The notes beneath the pieces were generated by a model. The model was not told the origin of the DNA and did no database searches. It was given only the letters and a program-made list of their open reading frames with translations. Both the position numbers and the translations under genes were made by a program. From an uncultured delta proteobacterium (GTDB lineage Bacteria > Myxococcota_A > UBA9160 > SMWR01): a stretch of 64,000 nt of DNA. Positions 27,127 through 36,329 of the stretch are shown here, piece after piece. Where the stretch lies: the NCBI GenBank assembly GCA_963832165.1, contig CAWHTE010000002.1, forward strand, positions 32,001 to 96,000, read 5' to 3'. Each line of letters begins with the position of its first letter. The first letter of the stretch is position 1.

Positions 27127-27200
27127 GGTGCGGCGAGTCTAGGCGGTGCACCCTGGCGACCCGACGGGGCACCGGGGGAGCGCTGGGCTTCATTCTCGCC

Positions 27201-27218
27201 AAGATAAGGTATTATCTT
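27201..27218. promoter_or_regulatory. AT-rich inverted repeat AAGATAA-GGTA-TTATCTT; candidate operator of satD
   Basis: Perfect 7-bp arms immediately before the satD start. Confidence 0.5.
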
Positions 27219-27221
27219 CAT

Positions 27222-27919
27222 ATGGTGCAGAAGAAGAAGATGACTTCAGTTGCGGGCGAGCCGGTCGCCACCGTCGTCGGCGACGTGGTCGGGTCTCGAG
27301 AGTACGCCGACCGCCCCGACCTCCACCTCCGGCTGGCGGGCCGGCTCGCCGAGCTCAACGACCTGCTGCGGGCCGAGGAGCACGCCGGCGGGGCGGCGAT
27401 CGTCGTCTCGCCGTTCCGGGTCACGCTGGGCGACGAGTACCAGGGGACCTTCGCCACGCTCGGTGCCGCACTGCGCGCCACCCGCTGGCTGCGGCTGGCC
27501 CTGCTGCCCGAGGTCGACGTGCGGCAAGGAGTGGGCTGGGGTCCGGTGCAGCTGCTCGAGGACGAGCCGCGCGTCGAGGACGGGCCCGGCTGGTGGGCGG
27601 CCCGCGCGGCCGTGGAGGAGGTCGAGCAACCTCCTTGCGGGCAGGGCACCGTCGCCGGCGGACGGCGTACGTGCGCGTCGACGGCTGTGACGGACCCGAC
27701 CCGGCGGCCGTGAACGCCGCCCTGATGCTGCGCGACGAGATGCTCGGTGGCCTGTCCGAGCGGTCGTTGGGGGTGCTGCGTGGTCTGCTGTCCGGGAGGA
27801 CCCAGCGCGAGATCGCGGAGAAGCTGGACGTGTCCGGCTCGGCCGTCTCGCAACGGGTCCGCCACGACGGCCTCGCCGCGCTGGTCGCGAGCGAACGACT
27901 CCTAGGAGAGATCCACTGA
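27222..27919 (+). CDS. SatD-family protein with C-terminal HTH (frameshifted)
   Basis: VVGDVVGSR, FRVTLGDEYQG, DGPGWWAARAA, TQREIAEKLDVSGSAVSQR. Confidence 0.75.
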
Positions 27920-27924
27920 GCTGG

Positions 27925-28647
27925 TTGGCACTGTTGCTCATCGGCGTCGGGTGCACGGACCTGGCCCACTCGGTGCGGCACACCCGGTTCCTGCCCGGCA
28001 GCTGTGGAGCCGCGGCCGTCGTGGTGGTCGGGCTGCTGGCCGGGCTCACCGGCTGGCCCGACCTGGTGGCGGTACTGCTGGTGGCGGCGTTCGCGTTCGG
28101 CTGGGAGCTGGTGGTCAGCCGCGGGTTCGCCGCGCGCCAGGCCTGGCTGCCGCTGACCCTGCTCACGCTGGCGATCGCCGGCGCGGCACTCCTGTCGGGA
28201 CAGGCGGGCTCGGTCGACGGCGCCCTCGGCCGGTGGGTGGCGCAGGTCCCGCTGCCGGTGCTGTCGGACCTCGACGGCGACGGGCTGCTGCTGCTGGCGG
28301 GCGCCGTGGTGGTCCAGCTCTCGACGGGCAACGTCCTGGTCCGCCTGGTGCTGGCCGCCACCGGAACCATCACGACCAACCCCCACGGCGCTTCCCGGGG
28401 CCCCGAGCGACGGCTCAAGGGCGGCCGGCTGCTGGGTCCTCTCGAGCGGCTGTTCATCCTCGGGCTCGGTCTCGCCGGCAACCTGACCGCCGCCGCGATC
28501 GTGGTCGCCGCCAAGGGACTGCTCCGCTGGCCGGAGCTGTCCTCACCCTCTGAGCAGGACCGGGTGCATCGCCTGACCGAGTACTTCCTGGTCGGCTCGT
28601 TCGTCAGCTGGCTGGTGGCCCTGGCGGGTCTGGTACTGCTGGGCTGA
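27925..28647 (+). CDS. Multi-TM protein (DUF3307-like partner of SatD)
   Basis: GGRLLGPLERLFI..AAKGLLRWPEL..TEYFLVGSFVSW. Confidence 0.7.
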   Translation: MALLLIGVGCTDLAHSVRHTRFLPGSCGAAAVVVVGLLAGLTGWPDLVAVLLVAAFAFGWELVVSRGFAARQAWLPLTLLTLAIAGAALLSGQAGSVDGALGRWVAQVPLPVLSDLDGDGLLLLAGAVVVQLSTGNVLVRLVLAATGTITTNPHGASRGPERRLKGGRLLGPLERLFILGLGLAGNLTAAAIVVAAKGLLRWPELSSPSEQDRVHRLTEYFLVGSFVSWLVALAGLVLLG

Positions 28648-29167
28648 GGTCTGCGCCGACACCGGGGCCGGCCTCGGCGCGCTCCTCGAGCTCGTTCAGC
28701 AGGCTGCGCAGCTCCGAGCGCAGGAAGTCGCGGGTCGCGACCTCGCCGACCGACATCCGCAGCGAGGCGACCTCGCGGGCGAGGAACTCCATGTCGGCGT
28801 GGGCGCGCGAGTCGGCCTGCCGGTCCTGCTCGGCGATCACCCGGTCGCGCGCCTCCTGCCGGTTCTGCGCCAGCAGGATCAGCGGGGCGGCGTACGACGC
28901 CTGCAGGCTGAGCATCAGGGTCAGGAAGATGAACGGGTACTCGTCGAACTGCATCGGCGATTCGTCCGGCCACGAGAAGTTCCAGACGACCCAGAAGACG
29001 ACAAAGATCGTCATGTAGATCAGGAACCGCGCCGTCCCCAAGAAGCGCGCGAACTGCTCGGCGAACGTGCCTAAGGTGTCCGGGTCGTAGGCGGGCCGCC
29101 GCACGAGCTTGCGCCGGGTCTCGCGTGGCGTGTCGAGGCGGGCCCGACGTGAGGTGGTCTCAGACAC
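28604..29167 (-). CDS. DUF1003 membrane protein
   Basis: FARFLGT..FDEYPFIFLTLMLSLQASYAAPLILLAQNRQ. Confidence 0.88.
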   Translation of the reverse strand: MSETTSRRARLDTPRETRRKLVRRPAYDPDTLGTFAEQFARFLGTARFLIYMTIFVVFWVVWNFSWPDESPMQFDEYPFIFLTLMLSLQASYAAPLILLAQNRQEARDRVIAEQDRQADSRAHADMEFLAREVASLRMSVGEVATRDFLRSELRSLLNELEERAEAGPGVGADLSPAVPDPPGPPAS

Positions 29168-30408
29168 GTGCGCACCGCCCGGTCGCGCCAGTTCTCCGGG
29201 AGCATGTGGTCGAGCAGGTCGTCGACGGTGACGGCGCCGAGCAGGTGGCCGTCCTCGTCCACGACGGGAGCGGCGACCAGGTTGTACGTCGCGAGGTGGG
29301 CGGCGACCTCGTCGATGGTGGCGGCGGAGCGCAGGTTCTCCATCGAGTCGTCGAGGGCGCCGGCCACCAGGGTCGACGGGGGCTCGCGCAGCAGCCGCTG
29401 GATGTGGGCGACGCCGAGGAACCGGCCGGTCGGCGTCTCGAGCGGCGGCCGGCACACGTAGACCAGCGCGGCCAGTGCCGGGGTGAGGTCGGGGTTGCGG
29501 ACGTGGGCCAGCGCGTCGGCGATGGTGGCGTCGGGACCGAGGATCACCGGCTCGGACGTCATCATCGCGCCGGCGGTGTTCTCGACGTACGACATCAGTC
29601 GCTTGACGTCCTCCGCCTCGTCGGGCTCCATCAGCTGGAGCAGGATCTCGGCGGTCTCGGGCGGCAGCTCCGCGATCAGGTCGGCCGCGTCGTCGGGGTC
29701 CATCTCCTCGAGCACGTCGGCGGCCCGCTCGCTCTCGAGCTGGCCCATGATCTCGACCTGGTCCTCCTCGGGCAGCTCCTCGAGGACGTCGGCGAGCCGC
29801 TCGTCGGTGAGGGCCGCGACCACGGCGGTACGCCGTTCGAACGGGAGGTCATGGATGACGCTCGCCGCGTCGGCCGGGCGGAGCTCGTTGAGCGCGTGGA
29901 TCAGCTGGGTGGCGCCCTGGGTGGGCTCGCGCTTCGTGAGTCCCTGGACCTCGCCCCACTCGACCACGTGGGTCTGGCCGCGCCGGCGCAGCGCCTTGGC
30001 CGGCTCCTGAATGGCCACCCGGCAGAGCACCCAGTCGCGGTTGCGGGCCTGCTCCATCGCCACGTCGTAGACCGTGCCCGTCACCCCGGTCGCCGTCACC
30101 GTGACCACGCGGTCGAAGAGCTGGCCGACGACCAGCGTCTCGGTGGGCCGTTGCTCGAAGCGCCGCATGTTCAGCAGCCCGGTCGTGTAGACCTGTCCGC
30201 TGTCGATGTTCGTGACCCGCGTCATCGGCACGAAGATCCGCCGGCGACCGAACACCTCGGCGACCATCCCGAGGACGCGGGGCTGGCTGACCTCGGACCG
30301 CAGCGCGACCACGAGGTCGCGCACCTTGCCGACCTGGTCGCCCTGGGGGTCGAAGATCGGCAGTCCGACGAGCCGCGCGGCGTACACGCGGGACGGGCTG
30401 GTGCTCAC
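29071..30408 (-). CDS. MgtE intracellular-domain/CBS protein with PRC-barrel N-terminus (true 3' end probably near 29,160)
   Basis: FDPQGDQVGKVRD, LADVLEEL, EEMDPDDAADL, TAGAMMTSEP, LGAVTVDDLLDH. Confidence 0.85.
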   Translation of the reverse strand: MSTSPSRVYAARLVGLPIFDPQGDQVGKVRDLVVALRSEVSQPRVLGMVAEVFGRRRIFVPMTRVTNIDSGQVYTTGLLNMRRFEQRPTETLVVGQLFDRVVTVTATGVTGTVYDVAMEQARNRDWVLCRVAIQEPAKALRRRGQTHVVEWGEVQGLTKREPTQGATQLIHALNELRPADAASVIHDLPFERRTAVVAALTDERLADVLEELPEEDQVEIMGQLESERAADVLEEMDPDDAADLIAELPPETAEILLQLMEPDEAEDVKRLMSYVENTAGAMMTSEPVILGPDATIADALAHVRNPDLTPALAALVYVCRPPLETPTGRFLGVAHIQRLLREPPSTLVAGALDDSMENLRSAATIDEVAAHLATYNLVAAPVVDEDGHLLGAVTVDDLLDHMLPENWRDRAVRTCLRPPHVGPASTRHARPGASSCGGPPTTRTP

Positions 30409-30448
30409 GTCTGCGAACGCTACTCGGGCCGGGTGCCAGGATGGGTGC

Positions 30449-31603
30449 ATGACGCGGCCCCACCGACGAGTGGTGCTGCACGTCGGTTTGCCCAAGACCG
30501 GGACGACGTACCTGCAGGCCGTGCTCGCCCACCACCGCGACGCGCTGCGCGAGGCGGGCGTCCTGTACCCCTTCATGAAGCCGCAGGCGATGTTCCTCGG
30601 CGCGGTGGAGGTGCGCGGCAGCCGCGACAAGTTCGGGCTCAGCGAGGCGGACGTCGCCGGCACCTGGCAGGCGCTGTGCGACCGGGTCCGGGCGCACGAG
30701 GGCCCGAGCGTCATCAGTCACGAGATCCTGGGCGGCGCCGAGCCGGCGGAGATCGCGGCCGCGCTCGCGCCGCTCGCCGGACTCGACGTCGACGTCGTGA
30801 TCACGGCGCGCGACCTCGGCCGGCAGGCCACGGCGCACTGGCAGGAGGAGGTCAAGCTCGGCGACACGCGCTCGTTCGCCGAGATGGAGCGCGACCAGTT
30901 CCGGGCCGACGTGCCCGGCGGCCACCGGCCGCACTTCTGGCACGCGCAGGACTACGCGGCGGCCTTGCGCCGGTGGTCGTCGGCGGTTCAGGCCGATCGG
31001 GTGCACCTCGTCGCCGGCCCGCCGCCCGGGGCCGCGTCCGACGAGCTCTGGCGGCGCTTCGCCGACGCGTGCGGGATCGCCGAACAGGTCGAGGGCGTCG
31101 TGGACGCCGACGCCGTCAGTCCGGCCAACCTCTCCCTGACGACCGAGGCGATCGCGCTGCTGCGCAGCCTCAACGCGGAGCTGGACGGACGGATCACGCC
31201 TCGCGAGCACGCGCGTCTCGTCAAGCGTGAGCTGGGGGAGGGGCGACTGGCCGGCCTCCCCGGTACGCCGCCCCGGACGCCCGCCTCCCTGGCCGACGTC
31301 CTGCTGCCGGCGGCCGCCGCCTGGCGGCACCAGATCGAGGATGGCGGACATCCCGTCCACGGCTCCCTCGACGACCTCGCGCCCGTGCTGGCCGGGCCCG
31401 GCGACCCGCATCCGGACGCCGTACCGCCCGGCGTCCCCGATCCCGATGAGGTGGCGGAGCTGGCCCGCGAGGTCCTCCGGCGAGCGGCCGCGTGGCGCGT
31501 AGACTCAGGTCATGAAGGCACGGGGAACTCTGGCGGCGCTGCTTCTCCCGCTCGCCCTGTCACTGGTCGCCTGCGGCGGCGACTCGGACTCGACCGCGAC
31601 TGA
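30449..31603 (+). CDS. Sulfotransferase-like P-loop protein
   Basis: LHVGLPKTGTTYLQ, VISHEIL, TARDLGRQ..WQE. Confidence 0.7.
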   Translation: MTRPHRRVVLHVGLPKTGTTYLQAVLAHHRDALREAGVLYPFMKPQAMFLGAVEVRGSRDKFGLSEADVAGTWQALCDRVRAHEGPSVISHEILGGAEPAEIAAALAPLAGLDVDVVITARDLGRQATAHWQEEVKLGDTRSFAEMERDQFRADVPGGHRPHFWHAQDYAAALRRWSSAVQADRVHLVAGPPPGAASDELWRRFADACGIAEQVEGVVDADAVSPANLSLTTEAIALLRSLNAELDGRITPREHARLVKRELGEGRLAGLPGTPPRTPASLADVLLPAAAAWRHQIEDGGHPVHGSLDDLAPVLAGPGDPHPDAVPPGVPDPDEVAELAREVLRRAAAWRVDSGHEGTGNSGGAASPARPVTGRLRRRLGLDRD

Positions 31604-31940
31604 TCCCGAGGCCTCGGACTCCTCGACCGCGACCGACACTCCCAGCTCCGCGGAGCCCACCGAGTCGGCGGAGCCCACCGAGAGCACGCCGCCGACCCCC
31701 GACTGGCCCGCGTGCGGCGACGTCTGGGTGGCCGACGCCACGGTGCCGCTCGGCTACAAGGGCTGCCTCGAGGGCGACACGGCCGTGAAGGCCGACAACC
31801 TGTCGTGCTCGTCGGGCCAGCGCATCATCCGTTACGACGACCGCTTCTACGGTGTGGCCGGCGGCAAGATCTACGAGACCTCCGCGCCGCTCGAGAAGGA
31901 CAAGCAGTACCTCAAGATGATCCGCACCTGCCGCGGCTGA
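31512..31940 (+). CDS. Lipoprotein, Cys-containing C-terminal domain
   Basis: Lipobox LSLVAC, S/T/P-rich linker. Confidence 0.7.
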   Translation: MKARGTLAALLLPLALSLVACGGDSDSTATDPEASDSSTATDTPSSAEPTESAEPTESTPPTPDWPACGDVWVADATVPLGYKGCLEGDTAVKADNLSCSSGQRIIRYDDRFYGVAGGKIYETSAPLEKDKQYLKMIRTCRG

Positions 31941-32084
31941 TCCGTGGGCGTGATTTGTCGGGCTTGACGCCTGGCCAGTTATAGTGCCGCTTCGGCGTCA
32001 CGCCGCCCTCCCTGGGGGTTGAGGCTCGCCGTGACCGTGCTCAACGGGGCCCGTTGACGTCCAAGTTCTTCAAAGGAGTAGCAC

Positions 32085-33452
32085 GTGCGTCCAGCACGGT
32101 TCTTCATCGCGCTCGCGCTCGCCGCGAGCCTCCTCGCGATCGGTGCGCCGGTCAGCGCCGACGATCCCGTCCGCCCGAGCGACCCGGCGGCGACCGAGCC
32201 GTCCGAGACCGGGCCGGCGAAGTCGAGCGTGGACCACAGCCCTCTGCTCCGCAGCTCGGCCCTGCAGAAGCCGCGCCGGTATGCGCCCAAGCCGGGCGTG
32301 GTGTTCAACAGCGCCCTCGGCCCGCGAGCGGACCGCAACCGGATCTTCGGCAAGATCATCGCGGCCATCAACCACGCGCCCCAGCGGTCCCGCATCCGGG
32401 TGATGTCGTGGAACATCATGTCCCGCACCGCGGTCGACGCCCTCCTGCGTGCCCAGGCGCGCGGCGTCAAGATCCGCGTGCTGATGGACAACACCAACCT
32501 CGTCGACATCCCGAACCCCGGGTTCAAGCGGCTGAAGGCCGGGTTCAAGCGCGCGAACCAGGACATCAAGATGAAGCGCCGCAGCTACGCCAAGACGTGC
32601 ATCTCCTCCTGCCGCGGCGTGCGCGGTGCGGCGCACTCGAAGCTCTACCTGTTCTCGAAGACGGGCAAGGCCAAGAACGTCGTGATGTCCGGTTCCGCCA
32701 ACCTGACGGTGGCCGGCGCCATCAACCAGTGGAACGACATGTACACGTGGATCGACAACCGCAAGCTGTTCAACTTCGCGGCCCGCGTCTACAAGGAGAT
32801 GTGGCAGGACACCCCGGTCGCGCAGCAGTTCGTGCAGTACAGCACCGGCAAGGACCTCCTCGGGTTCACGCCCCTGGTCGGTCCCGGCGGTCGCACCGCC
32901 GACCCGGTCCAGGACCTGCTCAACCGGGTGACCTGCACGGGCGCCGTGAAGGCGGGCAAGAAGGGCCGCACCATCGTGCGCGCCGCCCCCGACGTGATGC
33001 GCAACGACCGCGGCATGGCGATCGCGCAGCGCCTGCGCGACCTGTGGATCCAGGGCTGCGACGTGCGCATCGCCTACACCGTCATGGGCGTCGACATCTT
33101 CCGGTTCCTCGGCCAGGGCACTGCCCGGGGCGCGGTGCCCAAGAAGCACCTCGTCCAGGACTTCGACGGCGATGGTGAGTTCGACAACTACTTCCACCTG
33201 AAAGCGCTGACGATCAACGGCGTCTTCGACGGCAACCCGACGAGCTTCGTGACCCTCAACGGCTCGTCGAACTGGTCGGGCTACGCCGCGGTCTCCGACG
33301 AGAACTTCGGGATCCTGGTGCGCCGCTCGCCGACGCTGAAGTACCAGCGGTTCATCGACTTCTGGTACGAGAACTTCCCGAAGAGCGTGCCGCTGGATGA
33401 GGGCATCGACCTCAGCAAGGTCGACCGCTACGCGAACATCGACCTTGACTGA
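32085..33452 (+). CDS. Secreted phospholipase D-superfamily protein
   Basis: Signal peptide; HSKLYLF..SGSANLT and HLKALTI..NGSSNWS; AAGGAG SD. Confidence 0.8.
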   Translation: MRPARFFIALALAASLLAIGAPVSADDPVRPSDPAATEPSETGPAKSSVDHSPLLRSSALQKPRRYAPKPGVVFNSALGPRADRNRIFGKIIAAINHAPQRSRIRVMSWNIMSRTAVDALLRAQARGVKIRVLMDNTNLVDIPNPGFKRLKAGFKRANQDIKMKRRSYAKTCISSCRGVRGAAHSKLYLFSKTGKAKNVVMSGSANLTVAGAINQWNDMYTWIDNRKLFNFAARVYKEMWQDTPVAQQFVQYSTGKDLLGFTPLVGPGGRTADPVQDLLNRVTCTGAVKAGKKGRTIVRAAPDVMRNDRGMAIAQRLRDLWIQGCDVRIAYTVMGVDIFRFLGQGTARGAVPKKHLVQDFDGDGEFDNYFHLKALTINGVFDGNPTSFVTLNGSSNWSGYAAVSDENFGILVRRSPTLKYQRFIDFWYENFPKSVPLDEGIDLSKVDRYANIDLD

Positions 33453-33460
33453 CTGAGGGC

Positions 33461-35017
33461 GTGTCTCGCGTGCCCGCCACCCGGGCGGTTGTCCGCCGCG
33501 TCGACGACGACGGGATCGCGTTGTGGGGCTTCGGTGACCGGGCGATCGACGTCCTGTTCGACCAGCGGCGGGTTTGGTCGTTCTGGCTGGAGCGTGACAC
33601 CCGGACGACCGTGCCCGGAGTCCGTTCGATCGAGTGGCCGTCGGCGCTGCGCAAGTTCCTCGACGGCCGCACCCGGCTGTCGGTCACCGAGCACGTCAGC
33701 GGGCGGGTGCTGTTCGATCACGACCTCGCGTTCGGCACGGCCGACGCGCGGATCGAGATCATCGGCAGGTCGGGGGCGCCGATCAGCCTCGACAAGTCGG
33801 GCCGGATCAGCCCGACGTTCGACACCCGCACGCGGGCCGACGTGGCGCCGCTGCTCGCCGCCATCTCGACCGTCCTGGACGCGATCCGGTCCGCGGGCAT
33901 CGAGGCGTTCCTCGCCTACGGCACCCTGCTCGGCGCGATCCGTGAGCAGAAGTTCCTCGGCCACGACTCCGATGCCGACCTCGCCTACGTCAGCGAGTCG
34001 GGTCACCCGGCCGACGTGGTGCGCGAGAACTTCCGGCTCCAGCGCGCCGTCGAGGAGCGCGGATTCCACACCTACCGCTACAGCGGTGCCGCCTTCCGGA
34101 TCGACGTCGAGGAGGGCGACGGCGTCGTCCGCGGCCTCGACGTGTTCGCCGGCTTCATCGACGAGTCGGCTGGTGGCGGCCGGCTGTACCTGATGGGCGA
34201 GGTCGGCGTCGACTTCCGGCGCGACTGGGTGTACCCCGTCACGAGCTGCACCCTGGAGGGCCAGCCGTTCCCGGCCCCGGCCGTGCCGGAGAGGATGCTC
34301 GAGGCGATGTACGGCCCTTCCTGGGCGGTCCCCGACCCCGCTTTCCAGTTCACCACCAGCGACCGCACGGTCCGTCAGCTCTCGGGCTGGTTCCGCGGTA
34401 CGTCGACCAACCGGGCGGCCTGGGAGCGGGCGTACAGCGGTGCCCGCGGGAGGCTCCCCACCGGCAAGCCGTCCCCGCTGGCCCGCAAGGCCGCGGCTCT
34501 CCTGTCGTCCGGTGGCACCGTGATCGACGTCGGCGCCGGACGCGGCGTCGACAGCCTGTGGCTGGCGCGTCAGGGGCTGTCCGTGCGGGCCTACGACTAC
34601 GTCCCGAGCGCCGCGCAGGCGGTCCAGCAGGCCGCGACGGAGGAAGACCTCGACCTCGACGTACGGATGCTCAACCTCAACGAGTGGCGCACGGTGCTGG
34701 GCGAGGGCGCCCGGATGTCCCGCGTCGAGGGGCCGCGGGTGATGATCGCCCGCCACACGGCCGACGCGACCAACCGCTTCGGTCGCGCCGCGCTGGCGCG
34801 GTTCGCGTCGATGTCCCTGCGCGGCGGCGGCCGGCTCTACCTCGACGCGTGGACCGGCGCCGGGCGCACGCCCGACCGGCTCAAGGCGGTGCCGATCGAC
34901 GAGGTCGCTCGCGACCTGACCGAGCAGGGTGCCACAATCCTGGTGACCAGAGAGCGACCGGCCCGTGCGGGCTCGCATCGCTCGAGCCGAGGACGATTGG
35001 TGGCCCAATGGGACTGA
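33461..35017 (+). CDS. LicD-like nucleotidyltransferase fused to class I SAM methyltransferase
   Basis: AYGTLLGAIRE..GHDSDADLAY, YGPSWAVPDP; VIDVGAGRG. Confidence 0.75.
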   Translation: MSRVPATRAVVRRVDDDGIALWGFGDRAIDVLFDQRRVWSFWLERDTRTTVPGVRSIEWPSALRKFLDGRTRLSVTEHVSGRVLFDHDLAFGTADARIEIIGRSGAPISLDKSGRISPTFDTRTRADVAPLLAAISTVLDAIRSAGIEAFLAYGTLLGAIREQKFLGHDSDADLAYVSESGHPADVVRENFRLQRAVEERGFHTYRYSGAAFRIDVEEGDGVVRGLDVFAGFIDESAGGGRLYLMGEVGVDFRRDWVYPVTSCTLEGQPFPAPAVPERMLEAMYGPSWAVPDPAFQFTTSDRTVRQLSGWFRGTSTNRAAWERAYSGARGRLPTGKPSPLARKAAALLSSGGTVIDVGAGRGVDSLWLARQGLSVRAYDYVPSAAQAVQQAATEEDLDLDVRMLNLNEWRTVLGEGARMSRVEGPRVMIARHTADATNRFGRAALARFASMSLRGGGRLYLDAWTGAGRTPDRLKAVPIDEVARDLTEQGATILVTRERPARAGSHRSSRGRLVAQWD

Positions 35018-35232
35018 AGGACGTCGCGGGCCGACTCCGGCCCAGGCTGGGACAGAGCGACGACCTCGCGCGGCGCGTCGAAGCCCTCGAGGCCGACGTG
35101 CTCGAGCTGCGTCGGCACAACGTGCGGCTGGCTGAGATCGCCGACGTCGTCCAAGAGCTGCTGGTCCCGCTGGCCTCGCGCGACCAGGCCCGCATCGACG
35201 AGGCGATCGAGAAGTTCTCCCGAAGCCTATGA
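35008..35232 (+). CDS. Small coiled-coil protein (DUF6752-like)
   Basis: RVEALEADVLELRRHNVRLAEIADVVQELLVP. Confidence 0.65.
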   Translation: MGLKDVAGRLRPRLGQSDDLARRVEALEADVLELRRHNVRLAEIADVVQELLVPLASRDQARIDEAIEKFSRSL

Positions 35233-35254
35233 GTACTGGGCCTGTGAGCGTCTA

Positions 35255-36274
35255 GTGGCGCGCCGGGTCTTCATCCACCTCGGCCTGCCGAAGACGGCGA
35301 CCTCCTACCTGCAGACGATCCTGTGGGGCTCGCGCGAGCGGATGCGGGCCGACGGCGTGCTGTTGCCGGGTGACGAGCGGCGCGACCACCTGTGGGCCTC
35401 GCGAGTCGTGCGCGAGGACCCCAACCTGGACAAGCACCCCGAGCGGCACCGCACCTCGTGGACGCGGCTGCGTACGGCGCTGGCGGCCTGGGACGGCGAC
35501 GGGCTGGTCAGCCACGAGTTCTTCGCCGCGGCCTCGCCGCGTCAGGCCGCCGGCATGATCGCCGACCTGGCGCCCGCCGAGGTGCACCTGGTCGCCACCG
35601 CGCGCGAGCCGCTCGGGCTGTTCGCCGCGAGCTGGCAGGAGAGCCTGAAGAACCGCAACACCACGCCGCTCCCGGAGTACGCGCGGACCGTCTCCAAGAG
35701 CCCCAGCGCCATCTGGAACTGGCGCACCCTCGACCTTCGCCTGGTGCTGCGTCGCTGGGCCCGCGAGGTCCCGCCCGAGCACGTGCACGTGCTGCCACTA
35801 CACCGCGGCGGCCCGCGCGAGGCCATCTGGCAGACCTTCGCCGGGCTGGTCGGCCTGGACGCGGCGGCGTACGACACCGACCTGTCGTTCCCCAACGAGT
35901 CGATGGGCGTGGTCGAGGCCGAGACCCTGCGTCGCGTCAACGAGCACCTGGCGGGGTTCGAGCGGGCCTTCGACCGCGGCGTCTACATCCGCACGTACCT
36001 CGCCGACGAACGGCTGGTGCCGCGGGGCGGGGAGCGCTACTGGCCCGAGCCCGAGCAGGTCGAGGAGTGCCGGCGGCGCGGACGTGACGCGGTGGCGTTC
36101 GTGCGCGAACGCGGGTTCGACGTGCGGGGGGACCTCGACGACCTGCTCGTGCCCGATGAGCTCGAGCCGCGGCGCTCGGTGACGTCGGTGACCGACGCCG
36201 AGGTCGCTGACGTCGCAGTCCAGCTGGTCGCGCGGATGCTGGAGGACGTGCGCGAGCTGCGGCAGAGCAACTAG
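35255..36274 (+). CDS. Sulfotransferase-like P-loop protein
   Basis: IHLGLPKTATSYLQ, LVSHEFF, SWQESLK, NESMG; paralogous to 30449..31603. Confidence 0.7.
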   Translation: MARRVFIHLGLPKTATSYLQTILWGSRERMRADGVLLPGDERRDHLWASRVVREDPNLDKHPERHRTSWTRLRTALAAWDGDGLVSHEFFAAASPRQAAGMIADLAPAEVHLVATAREPLGLFAASWQESLKNRNTTPLPEYARTVSKSPSAIWNWRTLDLRLVLRRWAREVPPEHVHVLPLHRGGPREAIWQTFAGLVGLDAAAYDTDLSFPNESMGVVEAETLRRVNEHLAGFERAFDRGVYIRTYLADERLVPRGGERYWPEPEQVEECRRRGRDAVAFVRERGFDVRGDLDDLLVPDELEPRRSVTSVTDAEVADVAVQLVARMLEDVRELRQSN

Positions 36275-36329
36275 CGATCGATGGTCGAGGCACGCGCTGG
36301 CGCTCCTCGCACGTCATCCAGCGATGTGG

